Shown in pieces: positions 52,664 to 64,000 of a DNA stretch of 64,000 nt (positions are counted from its first letter, which is position 1; each line of letters opens with the position of its first letter). The stretch lies in NCBI GenBank assembly GCA_000182565.2, contig KQ257456.1; one strand, given 5' to 3'. The notes below the pieces were generated by a model. The model saw only the letters and a program-made list of their open reading frames with translations, had not been told where the DNA came from and did no database searches. Origin of the DNA: Spizellomyces punctatus DAOM BR117. Lineage: Eukaryota. Both the position numbers and the translations under genes were made by a program.

Positions 52664-53236
52664 ATGGCAGCCACACCGAATATCACTTTTGTAACAGGCA
52701 ACGCAAATAAACTCAAGGAAGTCCAGGCGATTCTTGCCCCTACTGGCATTTCGCTGGTATCGCACAAGCTAGACCTCCCGGAACTTCAAGGCACTACACA
52801 ATCCGTTTCTCTAGAGAAGGCTCGCCATGCTGCGTCTATCTTGCAAAGACCCGTCCTGACAGAGGATACATCTTTATGCTTCACCGCAATGAAAGGGCTT
52901 CCAGGCCCATATATTAAATGGTTCCTGGATAGCCTCGGTCACGACGGTTTGAATAGGATGTTGGTCGGGTTTGATGATAAAAGTGCTGAGGCGGTGTGCA
53001 CCTTTGCCTACTGCAAACCCGGAAAGGAGCCAGTGATATTCGAAGGAAGGACTAATGGAAAGATCGTGCCAGCGCGCGGACCAAAAGATTTCGGGTGGGA
53101 TCCAGTATTTATGCCAGATGGATTTGAGCAGACGTATGCCGAAATGCCAAAGGATATTAAGAATACGATTAGCCATAGATATAAGGCACTGCAAAAGGTC
53201 TTGGAGTTTCTAAAAGACCCAAGTAATCTGGAGTAG
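52664..53236 (+). CDS. HAM1: Inosine triphosphate pyrophosphatase (ITPA/Ham1), single exon; upstream in-frame ATG at 52598
   Basis: [52 protein letters not shown]. Confidence 0.96.
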   Translation: MAATPNITFVTGNANKLKEVQAILAPTGISLVSHKLDLPELQGTTQSVSLEKARHAASILQRPVLTEDTSLCFTAMKGLPGPYIKWFLDSLGHDGLNRMLVGFDDKSAEAVCTFAYCKPGKEPVIFEGRTNGKIVPARGPKDFGWDPVFMPDGFEQTYAEMPKDIKNTISHRYKALQKVLEFLKDPSNLE

Positions 53237-53540
53237 ATAGCCTCGAACTATAATCAAGTGGCAACTATTTGCAATACACTATATTTATCTGCATCCAAAC
53301 AAAACGACTAGCGAACATATAACCCGATGTGCGGATTACTCTTGTTCGTTTTCTCCTTTGTCCGTTGTCCTTTTGATATCCTCCAGTTGGATAAGAAGTA
53401 GGTCGTCATCGTTGGGATGTCATTGTCGTCTTGTTGGCATGACGGGCAGTGGCACAGTTCACAGGTTCGGACAAGTTGAGCTGACCTTTGGCAACGTTTG
53501 TCCTTTAACGCTTTTATCACTGTTTATTTTGTGGGCGGCC

Positions 53541-55147
53541 ATGAGCCTTTGGGTGGACAAACATCGTCCAAAGAGCCTGGACAAGCTCGATTACCATGAC
53601 GGTTTGACACAGCAACTCCAACGAGTGGTAAGCGGCTGGTGCCCAAAGAGCATAGAGTTTTTCAGCGGTGATTTTGAGGGTCTTGCTCATTATTAGGCGG
53701 CGAGCGGCGACTTTCCTCACCTCCTTGTCTATGGCCCATCGGGAGCGGGCAAGAAGACAAGAATTGTCGCGTTATTAAGGGAGCTTTATGGACCGGGCGT
53801 TGAAAAGGTAAGGCCGCTCTGGACTTTCTGACTCCCTTAACCTTTATAATAATAACTATGGCTTCACGCTTCAGCTGAAGGTCGATCTCCGCCAGTTTGT
53901 CACACCATCAAACCGAAAATTGGAAGTTAGTATAGTGAGCAGCAACTATCATATCGAACTGACTCCCAGGTAAGATAACAAACCAGAGAGGTTTGATAAA
54001 ACAGCAAGGAATGCCAATTAGCGACAGCCCTCCCTTTTACTGACCCAGACTGAATATAGTGACGTAGGATCGTATGACCGGGTCATTGTGACAGATCTGA
54101 TCAAGGAAATTGCACAGACTCAACAGGTGGATAGCAGTGCAAAGCGACCATTCAAAGGTTAGTGCTGTCCGGCAAGCCTGTCAAAGAGAAAACATTTCAC
54201 ATCTCTGGAATATATTTTAGTCGTCATTCTGAACGAAGCGGATGGCCTAACACGCGAGGCACAAGCAGCTCTCCGTAGAACCATGGAAAAGTACATGGCG
54301 AATCTGCGTGTCATTCTCTGCACAGAGTCCACATCAAAGATCATTGCACCAATAAGAAGTCGGTGCTTACTTGTGAGAGTAGCTGCCCCTGAAGTGGACG
54401 AAGTGAGCTGTATTTCTTTAGAAAACGCGTTAAACAGTCCCTTATTCTTGTGCCTTCACCAAAGATGCGCAAAGTGATATACAAAGTCTGCAAGAAGGAA
54501 GGAATGACAATACCGGAAGCATTTGCCACGCGTCTTGCTGAAGCAGCAAACGGCAATTTGCGACGTGCGATTCTGATGCTGGAAGCGGCCAGAATCCAGC
54601 AATATCCGTTCGAAGATAACCAAGAGATTGCAATAACGGACTGGGAAAGGGTTATTAAAGACATGGCGATGGATATTTTGGGGGAACAGAGTCCAGCTAG
54701 GTGGGTACTATAATCCACATAACGAGTGTGGGCGACAATCTGTCTAATGGGGCCAGATAGGTTGATGAAAGTCCGAGGGACCTTTTACGAACTCCTGTCA
54801 CACTGCATTCCACCTGATATCATACTCAAGGTAAATAGCTCCGGTTGACGTACTCATGGAATCATCAATTCACCTCCTTTGTATTCGCGGCCAGTATCTG
54901 GCTTTTGAACTGATGAAAAACGTGGATGGTCAAATTAAACTCGAAATCGTGCAGGCTGCAGCACAGTTTGTAAGTGATTCTGGAATTCAAAAGGAGTCAT
55001 TTTGCGTTCCTTTTTTCAATGTCGTTTGTTTTTTCATAGGAACACCGATTGAGGATGGGAAATAAAGCGATCTTCCACCTCGAGGCATTCGTTGCGCGTT
55101 TCATGAGTGTATATAAAGCGTACCTAATGGAAATTGGTATGGCCTGA
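53541..55147 (+). CDS. RFC5: Replication factor C small subunit (yeast Rfc5 / human RFC3), multi-exon
   Basis: [80 protein letters not shown]. Confidence 0.96.
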
Positions 55148-55343
55148 AGCCGCGTGATTCTGACTGTAAAGAATGTGATGTGGACGGGCATGATAGGGAG
55201 AATATGTATATATCTAATAGATTCGGAGTAATTACTGTGACATTGGGACTCAATATCGGTGCCCGTTCGCATTCCGTTCAGATCGGAATGCTCAATCAAA
55301 ACTGGCAGCCGTAGATTGTCGGGCGCGACTACAACTTTACTAA

Positions 55344-56265
55344 CTAATGTGCAGTTATTGACGGGGTGATGCCTTCATCCTCGCGCGCAAATAATCCCCC
55401 TTCCTTCCCTTCTTCCTCTCTTATGAACGCAAGCACCTCATCCACAAATGTCCCTTCGCCTTGCTCCTTAAACTTCACGGCACGGTTTATCGCTTCCCTG
55501 AAAATTGAAACCACGTTTGTTCCATCTGAGGCGGAGGCAAAGAAGAGTGGGAGATGGTCAGACTGTGATGGATCTTGTGGTTCTTCTGGGTCGTTATTTT
55601 GGGGCGCTGTTCCGCTTGCTTCTGCTCGTTCGGCACGCCGTCGCTCGACAAAACCGAAAGCCCTTTTTGCACGCGATGGATCGACATCGATTTTGTTCGC
55701 TACTACAATCACCGGTAGCTACAATATCGGAGATCGGTTATTATTAAGCATGATGTCTGACGAGGTCTAACCAACGCAAAGTGGAAGCTATTCATACCTT
55801 CAAGCCCACATGGCTTACCAACTCGTCGTACCATGTATCCAAATTTTTGTATGTTATCTTCCGTCCCACGTCAAACACCAGAATACATGCATGAGCTCCA
55901 TGGTAATAACCAGCATGCATGCTTTGAAACCGCTCCTGTCCCGCCGTGTCCCAAAAGTCAACCCGCAGTTTCCGAGGTTTCTCCGTGCTTGCACCACTGC
56001 GTCGATCAGATGGAAATGGATAGGTGCATACGTGACGGTAAAGGGTGAGAGCATAGGTGGATAGTTGCTGTGGGTGGAATTCGTCAAGAAGAAAACGCTC
56101 CGCTAGCTTGGATTTTCCAACTGCCGAGTCGCCCAGGAGGATAATCTAATGATACCGCGCTGTCAGAAAGTAGACCTCAAACTAAAGACAGCAGCCAGGA
56201 ACTCTACCGCCCACCTTGAGGTCGGCAGGTTGCTCTGAGGCATTCTTCGCTTGCGTAGCCGACAT
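55344..56265 (-). CDS. RABL2: Rab-like protein 2 (ciliary IFT-B-associated GTPase), 3 exons
   Basis: KIILLGDSAVGKSKL.ERFLLDEF.PQQLSTYALTLYRH, DFWDTAGQERFQSMHAGYYH, RKITYKNL, ANKID, FASASDGTNVV, FVDEVL. No C-terminal prenylation Cys. Confidence 0.92.
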
Positions 56266-56359
56266 GTTTGAAGTGATCAAAACCTTGGATGTTTATACAA
56301 ACTGGTTGCCTCCAAGGAGGGACGGAGCAGCCAAATAACACGTATTACATAAGGACAAT

Positions 56360-58232
56360 ATGTCCTTTCGCGGAGATCACCCATTGGAACCAGAACCCGG
56401 CATTGGGGCTGATGAGGGTCGTTGGAACTTGCGAACAATGACGCATGTAGCCCAGCAGAGATCGCAAGGTCCAAAGAGTCGTCGCTTTTCTACCGACTCA
56501 CTTGGTTCCAATCGTAACATCATAGCTGGTGTTGCGATACTCAGCCGTCTCGTGCTTTGGTCCATCGCCGTCACTTCCGCCCACTTGGGGAGTGCATACG
56601 ATGCTTCTACCGCTCTACCGTCTGGACCGTGGCGGGACGGCACTTTCAGTGATCCACCCGCGCTGCAAGAGAGAGGACAAGATTCTTTGTCACGTCCTTC
56701 CTATTTAGACGCTACTTTACAGCGCAAACTCCTAGCACCTTTTGTCAGATGGGACGCGGTGTACTTTTTGAAGATTGCGGAAGCAGGATATACATATGAA
56801 CACGAATTTGCCTTCTTCCCCGGTCTTCCTTTGCTGATGCGGGCGCTAAGCGGTACGCTGGAAACACAGCATAGGAGGAGGAAGCTTTAGAACTTATCAG
56901 TCCGATAACAACACAGCTATCCTTCCTTCATGTGGACTTGAGAGACGGACAATACTTATGCTTATGGGCGTTACGATATCCAATGTTGCCTTCGTTGGGG
57001 CCGCTGTGGTTCTCTATAGGTAAACGATAATTGCATTGGAAGCCATGTCCACGTAACTTCTGCAGAGACGGTGGGCATTAACCGAACACTGAAGGTTAGG
57101 ATGTCGGCTGCTCAACGAGCGCCTGGCTTTCACTGCTGCGATACTTTTCTGTGTAACTCCTGCTGGTCTCTTTATGTCCGCCATGTAAGTATTGGAATGA
57201 TGTGTGTCGCATAGAGCCTTATCAACACATGGTCGGGAACGGTGATCTAGACTGCATTCAGTCGTCTGATCAGTGCCCATTGTCTTAAAGCTACACAGAA
57301 TCCCTGTTCGCTCTTTTATCCTTCATTGGCATGGCCCTTATAGTCGACCGTCGATACATGCTAGCTGCAATAGCATGGGCCTTGGCTACCGCGGTTAGAT
57401 CGAACGGGATCGTGTATGCCGGATTCTTTGCGTGGAGTTTGATTATTTTGCCTTTGCAAAATGGTGCTAAGGTTCGTCGTCCGGCATATCGCCGATTTAA
57501 ATTTACATTCAGCTTACGTCTCTCGTCAGCTATCCGTAGCCTGCAGTTTAGGACGAGTATTCCAAACCCTCATTCTCTGCACGGTCGTTGCTGCTCCTTT
57601 TTTGGGGTTTCAGTATTACGCCTATCATCTTTTTTGCGGTGGACATCCTCAACAGGAGCTACGGCCGTGGTGTATGAACGCAGTGCCCAGTTTGTACAAT
57701 TTTGTGCAAAAGGAGTATTGGTAAGGCGATCTGCTACATCTATCTTCAGATGACGTTGGCCCTGAACATTGTTTGATTCTACGGCGACGGAAGGAACAAT
57801 GGATTCCTACGTTATTATCGGCCACAGCAAATACCCAATTTTGTCCTAGCAGCACCAATATTCACCATATCAGTTGCCGGCATTCGGGAGTACGTCAAGC
57901 ACGACCCACTTCGATTTGTCTCCATCGGCTTCCGACGAAGCACCCGGAATGGAAATGGTACCAATTGGGTCATATTTAGCAGCCATCTTCTTCCCTATGT
58001 TTATCTCTGGACATTCTTGACCTTCTACTGCGCAACCATGATGCACGTGCAGGTCGTTGTGAGATTCTTCACTTCTATGCCCTGTGTTTATTGGTTTGCC
58101 GCTTACTTGGTTTTGGGGAACGTGGAGGGGCGAAGGCAGGGATCACAGTGGGGAAAAGCAATTCTGACCTATTTTGTCCTATACGGGATGGTCACAACGG
58201 TTCTGTTTGCAAATTTCCTTCCGCCAGCGTAG
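56360..58232 (+). CDS. GPI18: GPI mannosyltransferase 2 (PIG-V), multi-exon; start may be 56438
   Basis: FVRWDAVYFLKIAEAGYTYEHEFAFFPGLP, PAGLFMSA-YTESLFA, VRSNG, RPWC..AVPSLYNFVQKEYW, QIPNFVLAAP, MHVQVVVRF, terminal FLPPA*. Confidence 0.93.
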
Positions 58233-58347
58233 ACTAGTCCTTAATGATATACATGTACACAGCTTCAAGGGAAGCTCGAGTGAAAGTTTCAATATACCCA
58301 TTGAACCTAGAGATTCCTCACCAACTACGTTATACCATCCGAGGACT

Positions 58348-61300
58348 TTACTCATCATCTAGCTCACCAGCAGCGCTATTTATCTTTTGACTTCGATAAA
58401 AGTCCGCCACCTGATTCGAGCTGTTAGGGGAGGAATGAAGCCAATACAAACTCAGTTGACTTATGCCCACCTGTGAAGCATTGGTTGCCTGTTCAGGCTT
58501 CTTATCATCGCGAACTCTCATGAACCGCGGGAAGCGCAAGCTGATTCCTTTGTTGGGGTCAACGTGCCCAATAGCTGCTTTGTGTACTGGTGAAATAGAG
58601 AGGTCGGCGGCTTTCACCTCCCACACCTTCAGATGGTGAGACCATTGTACGCGTGATCAACGCTCACCCTCATTCACTATTACCTGTACAGCATCAAACC
58701 ACACGTCAGGTCGCAGATTGGGAGTGTCACTCCACTGATAATATGACTTGGGGCGGTCAATGATGTGATCTTTGAAAAACTTTGCATGCTCCGCTAACTG
58801 CTCTTCTGAAAATCCGGTTCCAATCTGTAAGGGGTTGACAGTTAATGCAAGTCAAGAACCCGCCATCTTCTCTTGATTCCGTACCTTGCAAATACTTTGA
58901 TACTCCTCACGATCTTCATCATAGCATGCTAATAGGTATCCTCCATACCATCCAGTACGCTTCCCTCGGCCGATGTATCCGCCAATCACGACAAGATCAA
59001 ACGTATCACCAACACCACTCAAATAGTCTTTCTTGACCTGCGAGCACAAAAAGCATGCGGGGTTATCTTCGTTCAAGGAAGTATCTCACACATCAAGTGC
59101 ATACCTTGAGCCAATTTCTTGATCTCTTACTTGGTTCGTACGAAGCTTCTTGCACAAGGGTCTTCACCATCAAACCTTCGCAATTCCCTTCTACCGCTTC
59201 ATCCAAAAATGTTTGGATCTCTTCTACATTACTTGATTCCTTATGTTTAGCAAAAGCGAAGACTCCGTCAACCTCGTTGAAATGCTCATAAAGAACATCG
59301 CGACGGTCTTTCAAATGTTTTGTTGTCAACGGCTAAGAGTCCTGATGTTAGCTTATAATACATACTTTGATGTTGCTGAGAGTCGCTGCATACCTCTCCG
59401 TTTAGGTACAAAAGATCGAAAGCAAAGACACAGACTTGAACTTGGATGTCTGCTGCTTGCACGTCCTGGATATTCATGTTAGAACAAGCTATTCCAGCAC
59501 TTTAATGCCGGTCGACACATACCTTACGCTTTCGGGTACTCAGCACCTGAAATGGCAGGATGCATTGCTTTTGCCGATCCCAAGCCACAGCCTCGCAGTC
59601 AAGTACGAAAGATTTGACACCCTCTTTTGGAATCTCCATTTTGTTGAAGTACCGTTAATACAAAGGAAAATCCGGCCTAGAGGCTGGCCCCGTTCTTTAA
59701 TCCTCACCTTCGGGATGGCTTCAATGATATCTGGATACTTGGCGGACAGATTCTCCGAGTTTCTACTGTATATTACAATCTTTCCATACTCCAGCAAATG
59801 AATCTAAATTCGTAGCACAATGAGCACATTTTAATATAGGAGATAATCGTTGCTTTTCCATACCTGAGCACGTTCCCCATCGTACTTATATTCACAAGTA
59901 AAGGTCATGTTTTCAAAGCGGTTCAAAACATCCGTAAGGGACTTTGTAGGATGGGCAAGCATTGGTTTCAACGGCACTCCTGTGCAATGGTCAGATCATG
60001 GGTAACTTTCATTCCAGAGGAGCGCGTGCACGCACCAGGCCGTAGCTTGCAGTACTTTGGTAATTCCTTGATGCCTTTTTCCAGTAGTACTGGGACAATC
60101 TCATCGTAATTGGGAAGCTCACTTCCGTGCAGAAAAGAATGAGATAGAGGACAGCAAAACAATGTAAAACAGGCACTTACTTATACACATGTTTGAAGGT
60201 AGCTGCAGCTTCTGCCAGCACGGTGGCTCGTTTGTCCTCGGACAGCTTGACAACCGCTATTGAACGGAATTAGATTACGTATGGATAGCTGTCATTATAA
60301 ATCGTTTCACACACATGAATCTGTCAGGGTCGCGGCATGCGCTAGCGCTTGTAAAATAGATTGTTCCGCCAACCCAATACGTAGTTTTCCCTCCAAAGAA
60401 CTACCGACCGTTTCAGTTTTCACGCCGTATCTACATAGAAATGAACAGGGTAATCTCCTACCGTATAAGATATTTCGGCTCATTGTCACGACATGCCACC
60501 AGAAGTTTGTTGATTTTGCCAATTTTGAGGCTTTGGGACTGCGAGGTAAAGTAACCCCTAATGATTGGATGCACCCAACGAGCATTTACGACAAGTACTT
60601 ACAGACTGCCCAGTAATGGAGGCAATTTCATTCAAGGTCTTGTAAACGGAAACAACGGTCAGTGGTGGTGGCGGAAACATTGTCTTCTGATGCCCTCTGC
60701 TTGTCTGCACGAAATGCCATCTCAGTTATTTATCTTCCAAGAATATGTGCAATGAAGAGTCCTACCTGAGCTACTGTTCCCAAATCACCGTGCTGTGCCA
60801 TATCCGTTTTGATGCTTTGGGCAGATCGACCAGTCGCTGATGCCACTGCTTTTACCAGAATGCTCTCGCCAATGCCAAGCTCCTTGCCTTCATATTCAGG
60901 ACCTATCTGTTGACGTTTGGAATCGTGAATAATACGCCACATGATATCAAGAATCAGCACTCACTCTATTGAGACAAAGGTAAATGCATGCAACCAAATC
61001 TTTTGGCGACAGTTGTATTACATCCTTGAAAAAGGCTGTGAGGAACGCTAGAATCTGAAGTCTGTGCGATAACAATTAGACAACCCGTTCATACGCTGCT
61101 TTCAACCAGTATTCGCACCTTTTGGTGGTAGATTCAATCTGCTCAAATGTCTTGCAGAGTGCCGCGTATGGTACCCTACCATGATCGAAATCTGAGTTAT
61201 GGCAACGCATTCATGAAGAATCCATGACTTACGGAGAACCCTTCTTCCATGCTAGACTCTCTGCCTTGCTAGTAAGGCTCCCAGTGGTCACCCTAATTTT

Positions 61301-62361
61301 CAAACCTTCAGTGAGCATATTTACCTCCGCATCGATGGCGGTGACGTACATCTTTGCAGTCGCCTTGGCAATCTTTGCATCGTCAACTTCCTCCTCGATA
61401 GTATCCGCTTCCGCTCCGTCCGATACATCTGCTTCTGTGGGACCACATCAGTATATGAAAGAGCTCGCGCAACGGTTTAACCTACCTGGTGTGTGCTCAC
61501 CCAACCTATCCTTGGGTGCTGTTGCATTTTCTCCAGTGGGACGCAATGCCGCGTCCGATCCGGCCCTAGGGGTGGATCTGGGTGCTTTCTCTGCTTGTGT
61601 TGTTTTCTTTTCTGAAGATGATGTGGTAGGTGTCTTGCGTAACCCGATTAACAACTCGATGGCGTGTCTCGTCAACTGTTGACCTTCTCACCTCTTCCAA
61701 ATCTCCAAACTTGTCACTATCAATATCAGTGTCCGACTCAGAGTCGGTAATTATTCTACGCGCTTTTTTACTCGGCCTCTCCGAATCTTGTGCCGCATCC
61801 TTTGTCGTTCTCTTTCTCGGTGATCTTCGGCCGTTCTCAGCACCATGCGGTGATATGCTGCTGCTCTCACTTCCAATGTCCATGTTTTCCTTCCCACGAT
61901 CATCGACATCATCAGATTCGTCGTTGTCTTCAGACAATCTTTTCTGACTGGCGGTCTGCACAGTGTTCTTGATGTCTTCCACCGCCGTATCTTTTGAAAG
62001 TTGGCAGAACATGAGTCCAAAAAGCCTGGATAGCTCTTCTATCAAATTCACCTTCTAACAGTTCTTTGGGTCTGACTTTTTCTGAAGGTTCAACCGCTCC
62101 TGGTGCTTTCCCGGTGGCATTCGGCTCGATGCTCTATAAATCGTAGGTCAAGGCCCAGACGTGTCACTAACAAAAATATTCTTATACCGATTTGACAATC
62201 ATAACTGACCTCTCCACCCGATGTTACTTCCTCCTTTGTTGGTTTCCCTCCCTTGTTCCAAAAAGACCTGCCTTCCACAAATGAACATTCAGTTCCGAGA
62301 AGAATGCAAAACTTCTCAATGAATAACCATACGCAAGCGTCATTTGCTTCTTCCCGGCCAT
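58348..62361 (-). CDS. LIG1: DNA ligase I (Cdc9), many exons
   Basis: N-terminal PIP box QMTLASFW (split by intron 1), [29 protein letters not shown], active site [45 protein letters not shown]. Confidence 0.97.
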
Positions 62362-62597
62362 GTTTCCCACCTACTACAGTTTCGTAGGGTTTGACTCGTC
62401 TGGAAAGTTGGAAGGTAGGACACCAAGAATGTCAAATGCCAAATGCTCGCGGGCGCTGACGATGTCGGACAACCATCTGGACGTCATTTAACCCAAAATG
62501 GGTTCCACTGAGTCATCACCGACCCATCGTGGGATGCGCGATCGTTGCTGATCTCACCATTTCAGCAGCGGATTCTCTGAGAATATAACGACATAAA

Positions 62598-64000
62598 ATG
62601 CTAGTCCCACCGCTTCGCCCATTAGCTACTTTAAACCTAGAACCGAACATCCGATCGCGATTGCACAATGCCGGCTACCGCACGACTGCGGACTTGGGGA
62701 ACGTTACCGCTGAAGCTCTTGCGCAAGGTGTGTAGTGAGGTCTCGTCACGGGCATAGTGAGGCTGATTGTAATCCAATCTCGAACATTTTCAAGAACTCG
62801 GAGTACCATTACACCAAGCAAACTCGGTAGTTCAGCAGCTGAACAAGGGTATTCCGTTAGTTCGGTGGCCACCAATTAACTATAGTTCCGAGGTTAACCA
62901 ATTGGCACATACCCAGATACAGTCGTGTCAATCTCCGCATTAGAAGCTCTAGCGCGAGAACGTCGCCGATTGTCTATAAGTACATTCTCGAAGGCGTTTG
63001 ACAGTATGCTGGGTGGGTCGGGCGTTCCCACTGGACGAGTCACAGAAATATGCGGAGCACCGGGGATGGGAAAGACGCAACTCGGGTAAGCTCTACGCAC
63101 TACCGATGACTAGCACTTTCAACCCTGAAAAAGACATGACTATTTCAACTTGTAGTATGCAGCTATGTGTTAATGTACAGATTCCGATATCCTGCGGCGG
63201 GGCCGAAGGAGAAGCGATCTATATTGGTGCGTTCTCACATCATTTTGCGTAGCGTGAATAGAATAATGAGCTTTCCCGATAGATACAGAGGGAAGCTTTG
63301 TAGTTGAACGGGTTGCAGAGATTGCTCGGGCGACATACAGATCCGTGGGCGGCAGTGAGGAAAACGAGAAAGAGCAAGTCGATGAGTACCTCTCCCGAAT
63401 ACATTATTTCCGAATACACGGATACTTGGAGCAAATAGCTCTGATCAATCAAATGGATCAGTTCCTGAAGAAGCATCCAAACGTAGGTTCTCTCGGTCTG
63501 CGTTACGTTGGCGCCTGCAGGTGTTGAACCGAATTCTTGTGACAGGTTAAGCTCATGGTAATCGACAGTATAGCATTCCATTTTCGTCAAAATTTCACAG
63601 ATATGGGATTACGAACCCGACTGTTGAATGGGATGGCTCAAAATTTTCGGCGATTTGCGGATATGTCCGATATGGCTGTCGTGCTCATGAATCAAATGAC
63701 GACACGGATTACTCGCGGAGAGCAGTCAAATAACAATACGGCAACGCTTGTCCCTGCCTTGGGTATAGATCCATATTCAATTACGGTACATTGAAGCAGT
63801 TCCTAATGAGCACTTTAATGGAGTGCAGGTGATAGTTGGGGACATGCAAGCACCAACCGCATAATTCTCTTCTGGCAACGAGAATTGCGGTAAGGACCGG
63901 GAGATAATTCTCGCAAGGGCAAATTGAGATTGACACGGATTTCCCAGGCATGCAATGATAGTCAAATCTCCTAACCTCCAGCAGCGTACCATTCAGTACG
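62598..64000 (+). CDS. RAD51C: RAD51 paralog RAD51C (multi-exon, runs off the 3' end of the window)
   Basis: [88 protein letters not shown]. Confidence 0.9.

Noticed and set aside
53808..53874. U12-like branch sequence CCCTTAAC in an RFC5 intron
   Set aside because: The donor is GTAAGG, not GTATCCTT or ATATCCTT, so it reads as an ordinary U2 intron.
57185..57290. Possible C/D snoRNA in a GPI18 intron (ATGATG...CTGA)
   Set aside because: The C box is imperfect, there is no convincing terminal stem, and I recognise no rRNA-complementary guide.
62362..62450. Yeast CDC9-style upstream mitochondrial extension of LIG1
   Set aside because: An in-frame TAG lies four codons upstream of the ATG.

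Overview
Gene-dense, intron-rich eukaryotic DNA: short GT-AG introns of mostly 60-100 nt, small intergenic gaps, and no recognisable transposons, tRNAs, rRNAs or CRISPR arrays. Fungal-type housekeeping genes sit beside two axoneme/IFT genes (TTLL6-like polyglutamylase, RABL2) and an animal-like RAD51C. This points to a zoosporic fungus, probably a chytrid (inference). I can support 27 protein-coding genes, in order: SGF11, GDB1, CAT2, SCC3/STAG, a stand-alone CAP C-terminal-domain protein, an uncharacterised type I membrane protein, BCS1, a NUUM/NDUFC1-like complex I subunit, TFC4, NDUFB3, NUP85, TTLL6, XKS1, a small orphan, SRP54, a Tim17-family protein, MRPL23, an F-box/LRR protein, sphingosine kinase, SEM1, SYF1, HAM1, RFC5, RABL2, GPI18, LIG1 and RAD51C. 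No new multi-gene system is evident. The most interesting signals are regulatory and architectural: (1) 22 of 27 genes lie in head-to-head pairs with very short shared promoters; (2) RFX X-box-like palindromes recur in housekeeping promoters but are not obvious at the ciliary genes; (3) genome-maintenance genes concentrate at 48.8-64 kb; (4) a long hairpin fills an oversized intron; (5) SGF11 has a probable GC-AG intron and micro-exons; (6) HAM1 and CAT2 are dual-targeting candidates. All family calls come from motif recognition by eye, and exon boundaries were deduced manually; no database was searched.
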